Positions 13,246 through 24,870 of a stretch of DNA of 64,000 nucleotides are shown one piece after another. The stretch comes from Macrostomum lignano (taxonomy: Eukaryota). The stretch spans positions 210,022 to 274,021 of the forward strand of contig NIVC01001215.1 in the NCBI GenBank assembly GCA_002269645.1, read 5' to 3'. Both the position numbers and the translations under genes were made by a program. The notes under the pieces were generated by a model. That model saw nothing but the letters and a program-made list of their open reading frames with translations, ran no database searches and had not been told where the DNA came from. Numbering within the stretch: position 1 is the stretch's first letter; each line of letters begins with the position of its first letter.

Positions 13246-13688
13246 GTCCAGTCAAGTCTCAACCCTGCTTTCCTATCTGTCTTTCCCATTCCCAGTCGCA
13301 GCCACACCCAGGGGCTACCCCCCTCCCCCAGGCCCATTGCCCATGCAGGCACTGGCTTATCACCATGCAGGTCACTCCCTGAGTCGACAGGAAAATGCCG
13401 GAATTCGCAGAGATTTCTGGTGGCCGGGTTATCAGCCAGATTTGTCGTCGTCAACTGCTTCGTTTGCCTCATTAATTATTAATTAGCTGCACCGTCAGCA
13501 CTTGGGATTTGAGCTCGCCCGCTGCCTCCCGTTTAGTGGCTTTCGTGTCACCGTGTAGGAATTTTATTGCAGCAAATCTTTCTGAGAGCCAACCGGGCCG
13601 GGACTCCACCAGCTCCAACCTGCTACCCCAAGGGTTTTGAGAAGTGGCTGTGAAATTATATTGAAATGACTTGAATGCATTTGGCTGT

Positions 13689-14121
13689 GACCCTGACACC
13701 AGACAGGACGCCCTGACACCAGACAGGACTCAATGACATCAGACAGGACACCCTGACACCAGACAGGACTCAATGACATCAGACAGGACACCCTGACACC
13801 CAGAACACATTGAAAGCAGACATGACAGCAGACATGACAGCAAACATGACAGCAGACATGACAGCAGACATGACAACAGACATGACAGCAGACATGACAG
13901 CAGACATGACAACAGACATGACAGCAGACATGACAGCATACATGACAACAGACATGACAGCAGACATGACAGCAGACATGACAACAGACATGACAGCAGA
14001 CATGACAGCAGACATGACAGCAGACATGACAACAGACATGATAGCAGACATGACAGCAGACATGACAACAGACATGACAGCAGACATGACAGCAGAAATG
14101 ACAGCAGACATGACAGCAGAC
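13689..14121. repeat. Short ~40-bp repeat (13689-13803) followed by a 12-bp minisatellite (AGACATGACAGC, 13818-14121)
   Basis: Direct reading. Confidence 0.9.
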
Positions 14122-14203
14122 TGGCCTGTTCTATATTCGCCTACTTGATTTATCCTCGCATAAGGATGACGCCTCAACGAAAAGAATCGTGAAAACGCAC
14201 CAG

Positions 14204-14217
14204 GTAACCATGGAAAC
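14204..14217. promoter_or_regulatory. RFX X-box-like motif GTAACCATGGAAAC in Kv2 intron 1
   Basis: Exact match to the X-box consensus GTHNYYATRRNAAC. Function untested. Confidence 0.35.
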
Positions 14218-15593
14218 CCACCCGAGGCCCAGTCACCATGCAAATGATTTTCTGTCACGCCTATCTGATTTATTTATTACTCAAAAGGAGTCAGCAGAAA
14301 CCGAGCTCATTTATAATTCCTGTGCTTAACTGTCAATCGGATAAGATTCGTTTTCCGTGCAATTTATTTTCACTTTCTGTTGAGTTCCGTGTCGGTGTGG
14401 CTTCATAGCTGTTTTTTCTATTCATCCGGCATCCGTTTTGTCTTGAACTGTTCAGTGTGGAATGCATTTTGCAAGCCGGCGGCTCTCAAGGCAGCTGGGG
14501 TGCCTCTGCAAATATCGATCGGTTTCCGGGAGCTGCTGGGGGCCCCAGCTATAAATTAGGCGCACCGCGCGGATATCGGAGACTCCAGAGCGGCCCGATG
14601 CAATGCATCCGCCTCATCAGCCCCGGCTGAGCTTTTGAGCAGCTCCTTTATTGAGGCAAATCTTTGCTCACTTTGAGGAAAAAAGGGGCAGAGGGATTTT
14701 CGGAGGCTGCAAGAGCTCAGCCGCGATGCAGCTTATCGACAGGCCTAACGGGAGGCTGCGGCAGGCAATTGAAAAATCTCCATCTCAATAACTGCTCAGC
14801 CTCCCAGCTCTGACTTTGACGGCCGGAGCTGGTAAAAGTGCTTGGAAGGCAGGCGAGTTTGCGGCCCGGCGGCTGCAGTTGCTGGGGGGGGGGGTGGCCG
14901 AGATGAGGAGCTGCGAGCGGCGGCCGAGGACGCAATTTCTTAGAAACGCCCTCCGCCCAAACTTTTTCCGGTATCCGGCAGGGCCTGGGGCCGAGGGTCC
15001 GCAACCGGAGAGGGGATGCAGAGGATGGAGAGGCAGGGAGGTGAAACTGAGTTTTAAAATCGGCGAGCTGGAGACCAGCAGAGTTGCTAACCGACTGCGG
15101 TGGAAGCGGAGCAGTTTTTTGATTGATGCAGGGGGTTCTCGAAACGGCTGGGAGCGGGATAAACCGCGCTCAAATTCTGATTGCCTGAGGCATAAAAAAG
15201 TTACTAAAGAGTTTGTGAAGACGCTCCGCATGACATGCAAATCTTCTTAGTGTGAACGGGCAAGATCAAAGCCAATCATTTTTTTCTGTCATTGTGCATC
15301 ATTGTTGACTAGATTAGCAATCCATTTTATTGATTTATTGGTGTCCTATGCATTAGCACCCAGTACATTCCCATGTAAATATTTGATTAATTTTACTTTA
15401 GCGAAACTGTCGCATGCCTTCCTCTGCGTTGAGTTGGCGAATTCAAGTCTGTCTGGTTGATTTCTGAGTGCGCTGTCATCTGGTTAAAGTACTTTCTGCA
15501 CGACAGTTATTTTCTGAATGTAGTCACTCCGTGTCCTCCAAGTGAACCCGGCCGCTTGATTGCAGTGATGTGGCTCCCTTGCCGCCTCCGCAG

Positions 15594-16838
15594 GTTGTGG
15601 CCATCATCTCCATCCTGTTCATCGTGCTGTCCACGGTCGGCCTGACGCTCAACACCATCCCGGAGCTGCAGCTGAACCAGACGAAGGTGGTGGGCACCAA
15701 CAGCAGCGCGCAGGTTGTGTGGAGCCTGGAGGACAACCCCCGCCTGGAGATTGTGGAGGCCGTCTGCATCGTGTGGTTCACCCTGGAGTACGTGCTGCGC
15801 CTCTGGGCCTCGCCTGACACCTGCAAGTTCCTGAAGGGCCCGATGAACGTGATCGACCTGATCGCCATCGTGCCCTACTACCTGTCCCTCATCCTCATGC
15901 GCAGCCTCCAGGACGATAGCGGCGGCGAGTCCTACAACTCGCTGACCTCGGTGCGCAAGATCGTCCAGATCTTCCGCATCCTGCGCATCCTGCGGGTGCT
16001 GAAGCTCGCGCGCCACTCCACCGGCCTGCAGTCGCTGGGCTACACGCTGCGGCGCAGCTACAAGGAGCTCGGCCTGCTCATCATGTTCGTCCTGCTCGGC
16101 GTGCTGCTCTTCTCCAGCCTCGCCTACTTCGCCGAGAAGGACGAGCCGGGCGAGGGCGACCGGCCCAACCCGTTTAAGTCGATTCCCGCCACCTTCTGGT
16201 GGGCCGCCATCACCATGACAACCGTTGGCTACGGCGACATCGTGCCGAAGACCTTCCTGGGCAAGCTGGTGGGCAGCGTCTGCTGCATCTGCGGCGTGCT
16301 GGTGGTGGCGCTGCCCATCCCCATCATCGTGAACAACTTCGCCGAGTACTACAAGGAGCAGTCTCGCCGGGAGAAGGCCCAGCGCCGCATGGAGGCCATC
16401 GATGCCGCCAAGCGGAAAGGCAGCCTCATCTCCGTCGCCTCAGTGGCTGGCATCAGGCGCCGCGCCAGCCACGAGAGCGGCAGCGCCGGCGGCGGCACCT
16501 CCACTGCAACCGGGCCCGCCATCGGCCCGGACAGGGTCAGCGGCGGCAGCTCCGGCGGCTGCTCGGATCGGCACCACCAGCAGCACCTGCTGCAGCACCA
16601 GCATCACCAGCACCACCAGCACCATCAGCACCACCAGCACGAGCTGGAGCCGCTGGTCTGCTTCCAGAACCCGGTGGCTGGCCGGGGGGTCGCCGAAGAC
16701 CCCGCAGGCGAAATCGGGACGACCGGGTCGCTTGAATTGGCCGACGGGGGGCGCGAGCTCAGGACCTCCTGGCTACGGAGCGGCCGCCTGGGCCCAGCGA
16801 ACCAGCAGCAGGCGACAGCGGCAAGTCTCGGTGCAGCG
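15594..16838 (+). CDS. Shab: Kv2/Shab channel, coding exon 2 (S1-S6, pore, proximal C-terminus)
   Basis: Acceptor CCTCCGCAG|GTT, phase 0. S4 [21 protein letters not shown], pore [18 protein letters not shown] (TVGYGD at 16221-16238), Kv2-type S6 [10 protein letters not shown], and [10 protein letters not shown]. Donor GCG|GTGAGG at 16839, phase 0. Read-through reaches TGA 16854-16856. Confidence 0.95.
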
Positions 16839-16971
16839 GTGAGGGTCGCTGACTGAATGGCTTTGGGAGCGAATTGCTCGGCCTGGACTCGAGCCGAGGT
16901 CTTCTAGGGCAGGGAAAACATACTCCGCCCTGCCACAACTCCCCATTAACAAGTGCCTCCCTGATTTCCAG

Positions 16972-17626
16972 GAAATTCTCTACATCGACTCCGAGGACGA
17001 AAACTGCCGCGGCGCCTCGCGCTTTCAGCAGCATCAGCAGCCACAATCGCAGCAGCAACAGCAGCTGCTGCCCAGCCGCGAGTCCAGCCTCACCAGGAGC
17101 CTCAGCTCAGCAGCAGCCGCAGCCGCAGCGGCCGCAGCCGGCCGGACAGCAGGCCTGGCCAGCCACAGCCACAGCCTGGCCAGCTCGGACAGCTTTCTCA
17201 CCTGCAACAGCCACGCGCCGAGCTCGCCGGTGGAGCCGCCGCAGCCGCAGCCACCGCCAGGTCCGCCGGCCAGCAGCGGCCACAGGGACCGCAGCGACTC
17301 CTCGGCCACGGCCACCACCTGCTCGACCTCGGTGGCGCCGGGCCGGTCCAACAACCAGAGCCCCAGCCTGTCCCTGAGCCCCGCCAGCTGTCCCGCCTGC
17401 CAGCAGTCGCCGGTGCCACCGCAGCGGCTGCCGCCTCGGCGAGAGAAAATCCACTTCGCCGCCGAGGACGAGGAGCTGCAGACGCCACCGCCGCAGTCGA
17501 CGTCGCCGATGTCGCCGCTGCAGCCGCCGCTGCCGCCGGCGGGCCAGCCGAAGAAGAAGCCGACCCTGCGGGAGCGATTCAAGAACTCCGCCAAGAAAGA
17601 GCTGCAGGTGACGGCGGACACGCCAG
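16972..17626 (+). CDS. Shab: Kv2/Shab channel, predicted coding exon 3 (C-terminal tail with PRC-like motif)
   Basis: Acceptor GATTTCCAG|GAA, phase 0. Open GC3-rich frame EILYIDSEDENC...SLASSDSFLTCNS...KKELQVTADTP. Donor CCAG|GTAAGA, phase 1. Confidence 0.8.
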
Positions 17627-18267
17627 GTAAGAGGCGAGAAGCTGTGGGCAGTTCTGCAACTCGAGCTCAGGTTCGATTCGGCATCTCACGCTGATTGGGG
17701 CGGCTGAGCGAGTTCGTGCACTTTTTCCTGCCCCCACATTTTTATCATGTTCACATTTGAGTGCTTTTGAGCCCGATCTTAACTGACTAACTTCGCTCGT
17801 CTGCCTGCCGCCTGCGTCTGCTTCTAAAAGCAGAGTTTGAGTTTGAGCTGCTCACGGACTGCTTAATTAGCAGCGCGCCAGGCCTCCAATTCGCGGAAAA
17901 TTTACAACAAAACTTGCCACACCGCGGCGCATTGCCAGCGGCGCATTGGCGAGATGTGGAACGCGAGCTGTTCCGCTTTATAGCACGCAATCTGCGCATT
18001 TTTCACTTGCTGCGCTTTTGAGAGTTGCAAATCCAGCGAAAACGCTTCTTTCTGCAAGTTTATTTCTGTGAAACTGCGCTTCCCATAACCGTAAATAATT
18101 TTTGGAAACAATTTTTTCAAATTCTAACGCCAAATACTTCTCGGTAAGTCCTGTCTACCGCAGACTGCCCGCCACCGCCCTCCCAATTTCATGTCGCCGC
18201 CAACCTCAGAGAGAAAATCTTTGCTGGGCAGACGCAACCCGACAGCCTTCGTTTGAGGTATCGAAGC

Positions 18268-19192
18268 AGTGATAGACAGCTACAGGCACTGTCAGCACAG
18301 TCTAGTAGGCAGTGATAGACAGCTACAGGCACTGTCAGCACAGTCTAGTAGGCAGTGATAGACAGCTACAGGCACTGTCAGCACAGTCTAGTAGGCAGTG
18401 ATAGACAGCTACAGGCACTGTCAGCACAGTCTAGTAGGCAGTGATAGACAGCTACTGTCAGCACAGTCTAGTAGACAGTGATAGACAGCTACAGGCACTG
18501 TCAGCACAGTCTAGTAGGCAGTGATAGACAGCTACAGGCACTGTCAGCACAGTCTAGTAGGCAGTGATAGACAGCTACTGTCAGCACAGTCTAGTAGACA
18601 GTGATAGACAGCTACAGGCACTGTCAGCACAGTCTAGTAGGCAGTGATAGACAGCTACAGGCACTGTCAGCACAGTCTAGTAGGTAGTGATAGACAGCTA
18701 CAGGCACTGTCAGCACAGTCTAGTAGGCAGTGATAGACAGCTACAGGCACTGTCAGCACAGTCTAGTAGGTAGTGATAGACAGCTACAGGCACTGTCAGC
18801 ACAGTCTAGTAGGTAGTGATAGACAGCTACAGGCACTGTCAGCACAGTCTAGTAGGCAGTGATAGACAGCTACAGGCACTGTCAGCACAGTCTAGTAGGT
18901 AGTGATAGACAGCTACAGGCACTGTCAGCACAGTCTAGTAGACAGTGATAGACAGCTACAGGCACTGTCAGCACAGTCTAGTAGGCAGTGATAGACAGCT
19001 ACAGGCACTGTCAGCACAGTCTAGTAGGCAGTGATAGACAGCTACAGGCACTGTCAGCACAGTCTAGTAGACAGTGATAGACAGCTACAGGCACTGTCAG
19101 CACAGTCTAGTAGACAGTGATAGACAGCTACAGGCACTGTCAGCACAGTCTAGTAGGCAGTGATAGACAGCTACAGGCACTGTCAGCACAGT
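18268..19192. repeat. 43-bp minisatellite in Kv2 intron 3 (GTGATAGACAGCTACAGGCACTGTCAGCACAGTCTAGTAGGCA)
   Basis: Period 43 checked. Some units have a 6-bp deletion. Confidence 0.95.
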
Positions 19193-19640
19193 GCACGAGT
19201 AGTAGGCAACTTTCCTCTCTATCTACTCTTACCTGCACTAGCAGTAAACAGTTTCATAGAAATGCTCAACTATTCGAGTTATTTTTTACTTTTCTGAATG
19301 CCGTGGAAATGCTTTTCTTTGTCAGCGAGTTCAGGCTGTGCAGCACCCTGAGCACTCCTTCCCAGTGATTTAATAATGAACTGTTGTGGCCTGCATTTCA
19401 TTTATAGCAGTTCAGACATTTTTTATCTCACCTTGCGATACCTCGATGACAAATCCCAGGTAATGAGGCTGCTAGTTGCTAAGTAGTATTTCACTTCGGT
19501 TCATTAAATTAGTATAGTTTGAATTCGCAGTATTTTCTGTGTAGGAATGAGTGTTTTGCTACTTTTGCATGGCTTTGACTGAACCCATTGTCATTTTTAG
19601 CACCAACAACACTCCCCACCACTCCCGTTTCACTTTCACC

Positions 19641-20860
19641 ACCCCATCTCACTCTCATCACCTCCATCTCACTCTCATCGCCTCCATCTCACTCTCACCG
19701 CCTCCATCTCACTTTTTCCACCTCCGTTTCACCCTCACCGCCTCCATTTCACTCACCGCCTCCATCTTGCTCTCACTGCCTCCATCTTACTCTCACTGCC
19801 TCCATCTCACTCTCACAGTCTCCATCTCACTCTCACCACCCCCATCTTACTCTCACTGCCTCCATCTCACTCTCACTGTCTCCATCTCAGTCTCACCGCC
19901 TCCATCTTACTCTCACTGCCTCCATCTCACTCTCACTCTCACCACCTCCATCTCATTTTCACCGCCTCCATCTCACTCTCACCGCCTCCATCTCACTCTC
20001 ACTGCCTCCATCTCACTCTCACTGCCTCCATCTCACTCTCACTGCCTCCATCTATCTTTCACTGCCTCCATCTCACTCTCACTGCCTCCACCTCACTCTC
20101 ACCACCTCCATCTCACTCTCACTGCCTCCATCTTACAATCACCACCTCCATCTCACTCTCACTGCCTCCATCTTACTATCACCACCTCCACCTCACTCTC
20201 ATCGCCTCTATCTCAGTCTCACCGCCTCCATCTCACTCTCACAACATCCATCTCCCTTTCACCGCCTCCATCTCACTTTCACTGCCTCCATCTCAGTCTC
20301 ACCGCCTCCATCTCACTCTCACCGCCTCCATCTCAGTCTTACCGCCTCTATCTCACTCTCACCACCTCCATCTCACTCTCACTGCCTCCATCTCACTCTC
20401 ACTGCCTCCATCTCACTCTCACTGCCTCCACCTCACTCTCACCACCTCCATCTCACTCTCACTGCCTCCATCTCACTCTCACCACCTCCATCTCACTCTC
20501 ACCACCTCCATCTCACTCTCACCACCTCCATCTCACTCTCACCACCTTCATCTCACTCTCACTGCCTCCATCTCACTCTCACTGCCTCCACCTCACTCTC
20601 ACCACCTCCATCTCACTCTCACCACCTCCATCTCACTCTCACCACCTCCATCTCACTCTCACCACCTCCATCTCACTCTCACCACCTCCATCTCACTCTC
20701 ACCACCTCCATCTCACTCTCACCACCCCTATCTCACTCTCACTGCCTCCACCTCACTCTCACCACCTCCATCTCACTCTCACTGCCTCCATCTTACAATC
20801 ACCACCTCCATCTCACTCTCACCACCCCCATCTCACTCTCACCACCCCCATCTCACTCTC
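19641..20860. repeat. 20-bp C-rich minisatellite (CTCACTCTCACCGCCTCCAT)
   Basis: Tandem, degenerate units. Confidence 0.95.
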
Positions 20861-21692
20861 GCCTATCTGAACGCAGGCAGCCGCAGGCGGTTTTTTGACC
20901 GGCCGCTGCCCGTCTCTCGCGGCCAAGGCAGCAGATTCGGCCGCCCATTAGCGCCACCGCAGTGTCAGGCCCTCTCATTCCATGTTTCTTTTTTCTTGCT
21001 TCAACCGGCCCGGCTTGTCCCGCCGGGCAGCAGCCTGTGGCAGCCGGGCTGACAAATCGCGCCGCCCTCGAGGAGGCAGCAGCCGTCTGGCCACCAGATG
21101 AGGCGCTGGGGGCGCTGGGCTCGGACTCGACCCCAGCCCAGCCGCCCCCGAACAGCCCAGCAGTTGCTTTAGCGCTGGTCTCGAGCAGCTGATTAATCAT
21201 GCCCGCCCTTGTTATCCGAGAGACCCGGGGCTGCCGGAGGGTCTGCCGGATTCCCTGACTTTGAGAGGCGGCTTCTTCAGAGCTGCAGCTGCATCAATTG
21301 CCGGCCTGGCTGAGAAAAATGATAATTCTCTCCCCTCAGAGGGCGAGCGGCAGCTCAGCTGGCCGGCAAATTTACTGCCAGCGAATGTGGCTGCAGTTGC
21401 AAAGAGTGCAGGACTCTGGGCCTCCCGCCCGGAACCAGACGGAACCGGGGGGGGGGGCGCAGCAGCCCTCAGTCCTCTCGCAAGCTCGCGCTGGGGCCAA
21501 CCTCAGTCAAGTGCAGCGCACACTTTAATATTTAAAATACTGCAGCTTGAGCATGAGTTTTCTTATCGTCAACCTGTTAGTTTACTGCTCTACTCTGTTT
21601 AAACTGTTCCGCCAATTTATTTAATGAATCAAATTTTTATTTTAGATATCTGAGAAGCTCTTTTATACAGGCAGGTAGACACTAAAGCACTA

Positions 21693-22049
<357 letters not shown>

Positions 22050-22140
22050 GTGACACGCGGACGCACAGACAGACCTCAGCTATCTGTATCCATCTGTTTC
22101 CTCTTCTGAGAATTCATTCCCATGCACTTTCACTCCCCAG

Positions 22141-22439
22141 CTCTCCTCCCATCTTCCCCAAACTCGCCGCTACCAACCCCAGAGTCCAAGCGCCTCCTGT
22201 CGAGATCCGCCGCGGCCACCTCGCCAACCTCGGCGACCCCCAGCCCCGAGTTTCCCCGAGCCCCCGCGGCCCAGCAGCCGCCCCAGCAGCAGCCGCCCCA
22301 GCAGCACAGTATCCTGAAGAACAAGGACTCAACACCGCCAGCCAGGATGGAGGCAATAGTTGAAGACCTGTCCAGCCTCACCGGGCTGCATCAGCTGGAC
22401 TCTGGCCTGTCTGAGGCGGCCAGCGAAGCCGCTCCGTGA
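22141..22439 (+). CDS. Shab: Kv2/Shab channel, predicted last coding exon 4
   Basis: Acceptor CACTCCCCAG|CT, phase 1, matching the exon 3 donor (G+CT=Ala). GC3-rich frame ending ...SGLSEAASEAAP, TGA 22437-22439. Confidence 0.7.
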
Positions 22440-22934
22440 CCCCGAAGGTAAATGCTCCTGTTGCCCTCTTGATTCGATGCATTCAGACAGACAGGTATAA
22501 AACTGCGAAGTCTGCCGCAGCCGCCAAACCTGTTCTTTTTCATCGGGAGCGAAATGGCTGAAGCGCGAAATGGCCTCCCCTGCCCCAGCCGCCAGAGGGG
22601 AATCAGCTGCGACTGGCGGAAGTATCTCGTGGTAAAAGTACAAGTGGCGAGCGCCGCAGCTGCGCAATCCGCTGTCTGGCTGCCCGCCCGAGCGTTTTTT
22701 CGATGACCTTTCGATGAAACTTCAGCCCGCGTGCCGTGCCGTCTTTGCCACCCGCTGACGACAAATCCCCGACTCGCAACTGTTGCGCTGGTTCAGCCGT
22801 CCGTGCCATGCTACTTGTTAGTAGTGTGCTCGCAATTTTCACATTTCAAGACCCAAACTGAGAGCAGATTACTGAATTAATTACTGGCAATGGTCCTTCA
22901 TATACTCTGCTGTCTGTCATGGACAATCATAAAG

Positions 22935-23886
22935 GTCCTCGGTAGAATGGTCCTCGGTAGAATGGCCCTCGGTAGAATGGCCCTCGGTAGAATGGTCCTC
23001 GGTAGAATGTTCCTCGGTAGAATGGCCCTCGGTAGAATGTTTTTCGGTAGAATGGTCCTCGGTAGAATGGCCCTCGGTAGAATGGTCCTCGGTAGAATGT
23101 TCCTCGGTAGAATGTTTCTCGGTAGAATGGCCCTCGGTAGAATGGCCCTCGGTAGAATGTTTTTCGGTAGAATGGTCCTCGGTAGAATGGTCCTCGGTAG
23201 AATGTTTCTCGGTAGAATGGCCCTCGGTAGAATGGCCCTCGGTAGAATGTTTTTCGGTAGAATGGTCCTCGGTAGAATGGCCCTCGGTAGAATGTTTCTC
23301 GGTAGAATGGTCCTCGGTAGAATGGCCCTCGGTAGAATGGTCCTCGGTAGAATGTTCCTCGGTAGAATGGCCCTCGGTAGAATGTTTTTCGGTAGAATGG
23401 TCCTCGGTAGAATGGTCCTCGGTAGAATGTTTTTCGGTAGAATGGTCCTCCGTAGAATGGCCCTCGGTAGAATGGTCCTCGGTAGAATGTTTTTCGGTAG
23501 AATGGTCCTCGGTAGAATGTTTTTCGGTAGAATGGTCCTCGGTAGAATGGTCCTCGGTAGAATGGTCCTCGGTAGAATGTTTTTCGGTAGAATGGTCCTC
23601 CGTAGAATGGCCCTCGGTAGAATGGTCCTCGGTAGAATGTTTCTCGGTAGAATGTTTCTCGGTAGAATGGTCCTCGGTAGAATGGCCCTCGGTAGAATGT
23701 TTCTCGGTAGAATGGTCCTCGGTAGAATGGCCCTCGGTAGAATGGTCCTCGGTAGAATGGTCCTCGGTAGAATGGTCCTCGGTAGAATGGTCCTCGTAGA
23801 ATGGTCCTCGGTAGAATGGTCCTCGGTAGAATGGTCCTCGGTAGAATGTTTCTCGGTAGAATGGTCCTCGGTAGAATGGTCCTCGA
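22935..23886. repeat. 15-bp minisatellite (CTCGGTAGAATGGTC)
   Basis: Tandem units. It explains ORFs 22890-24185 and 22898-23956. Confidence 0.97.
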
Positions 23887-24870
23887 TAGGTCTTCTAATC
23901 AAAACTAATAGGTTAACGAGCCTGAACAGCACACACGGATACAGACGCGTTTTCATATTTGCACTTCAGAACCAGCCGCCGCTGCCACAGCCGCCCTTGC
24001 CGTTGCCGCCCCTTGCAGCCGAGTCGCATTCGACCCGCACAAACCGAGTCGAATCTGCCCCGACACCCCAACTCCTCTGCACCTGCTCTGCACTGCTCGG
24101 CCGCATTAAGGCACTCCAGCGAATGAATAAAAACTCTTTGAATCAAAGCCACCACAACGAATGCCTCTTGTTTGGTGCTGATTGAAGCGACTTTTTGTAT
24201 TCACCGAATCTGAACTTTAGCCTCAATTGGCACACAAAAGCAAGTGCTTGCGATTGAGAGGACACAGCATCCTACCGTTAGGCCACAGCAGTGCTCGGTG
24301 TGGGTTGGGGCACAGCGCATCCTACCGTTAGGCCACAGCAGTGCTCGGTGTTGGGTGGGGCACAACACTCGTGTGGGTGCCAACAATGGCTGATGATGCA
24401 TGATTAAGCAACTGCATTCTATGGGATATTAGGATTTAGAAGTTTTAATTGACTGAAGTACACAGTGTACTATTACCGGCAGTGTCCCGTGCACCTGCTC
24501 CTACTCCGAATATCTCGAATCATTGCATAGCAGCAGCACTGCAACACAAGACAGTATTAACTCACTCACGTGTAACTGTAACTAGAGTCTGCTATCAACT
24601 CCTTCCTACCTGCTAACCAGCTGGCAGGTGAGCAGTGCTCGGCCAACCAGATCTGTGACTCGTGCGGAATTGCATAAGTTTTAAATTTGCTTAATGAGCT
24701 CTGGACGATTTGAATATTGCTATTTTGTCAGAATTCGCGCAGTCATGCACTGACAGGTATTCGAATGTATTCACACACTCTGTACTAAAATATATTCGCT
24801 CGCACTTCCGATGCAAAATTGACCCAGAATGCTTGGGCGAAGTCGCTTCTTTTCATTGTGGCCGTTCTGA

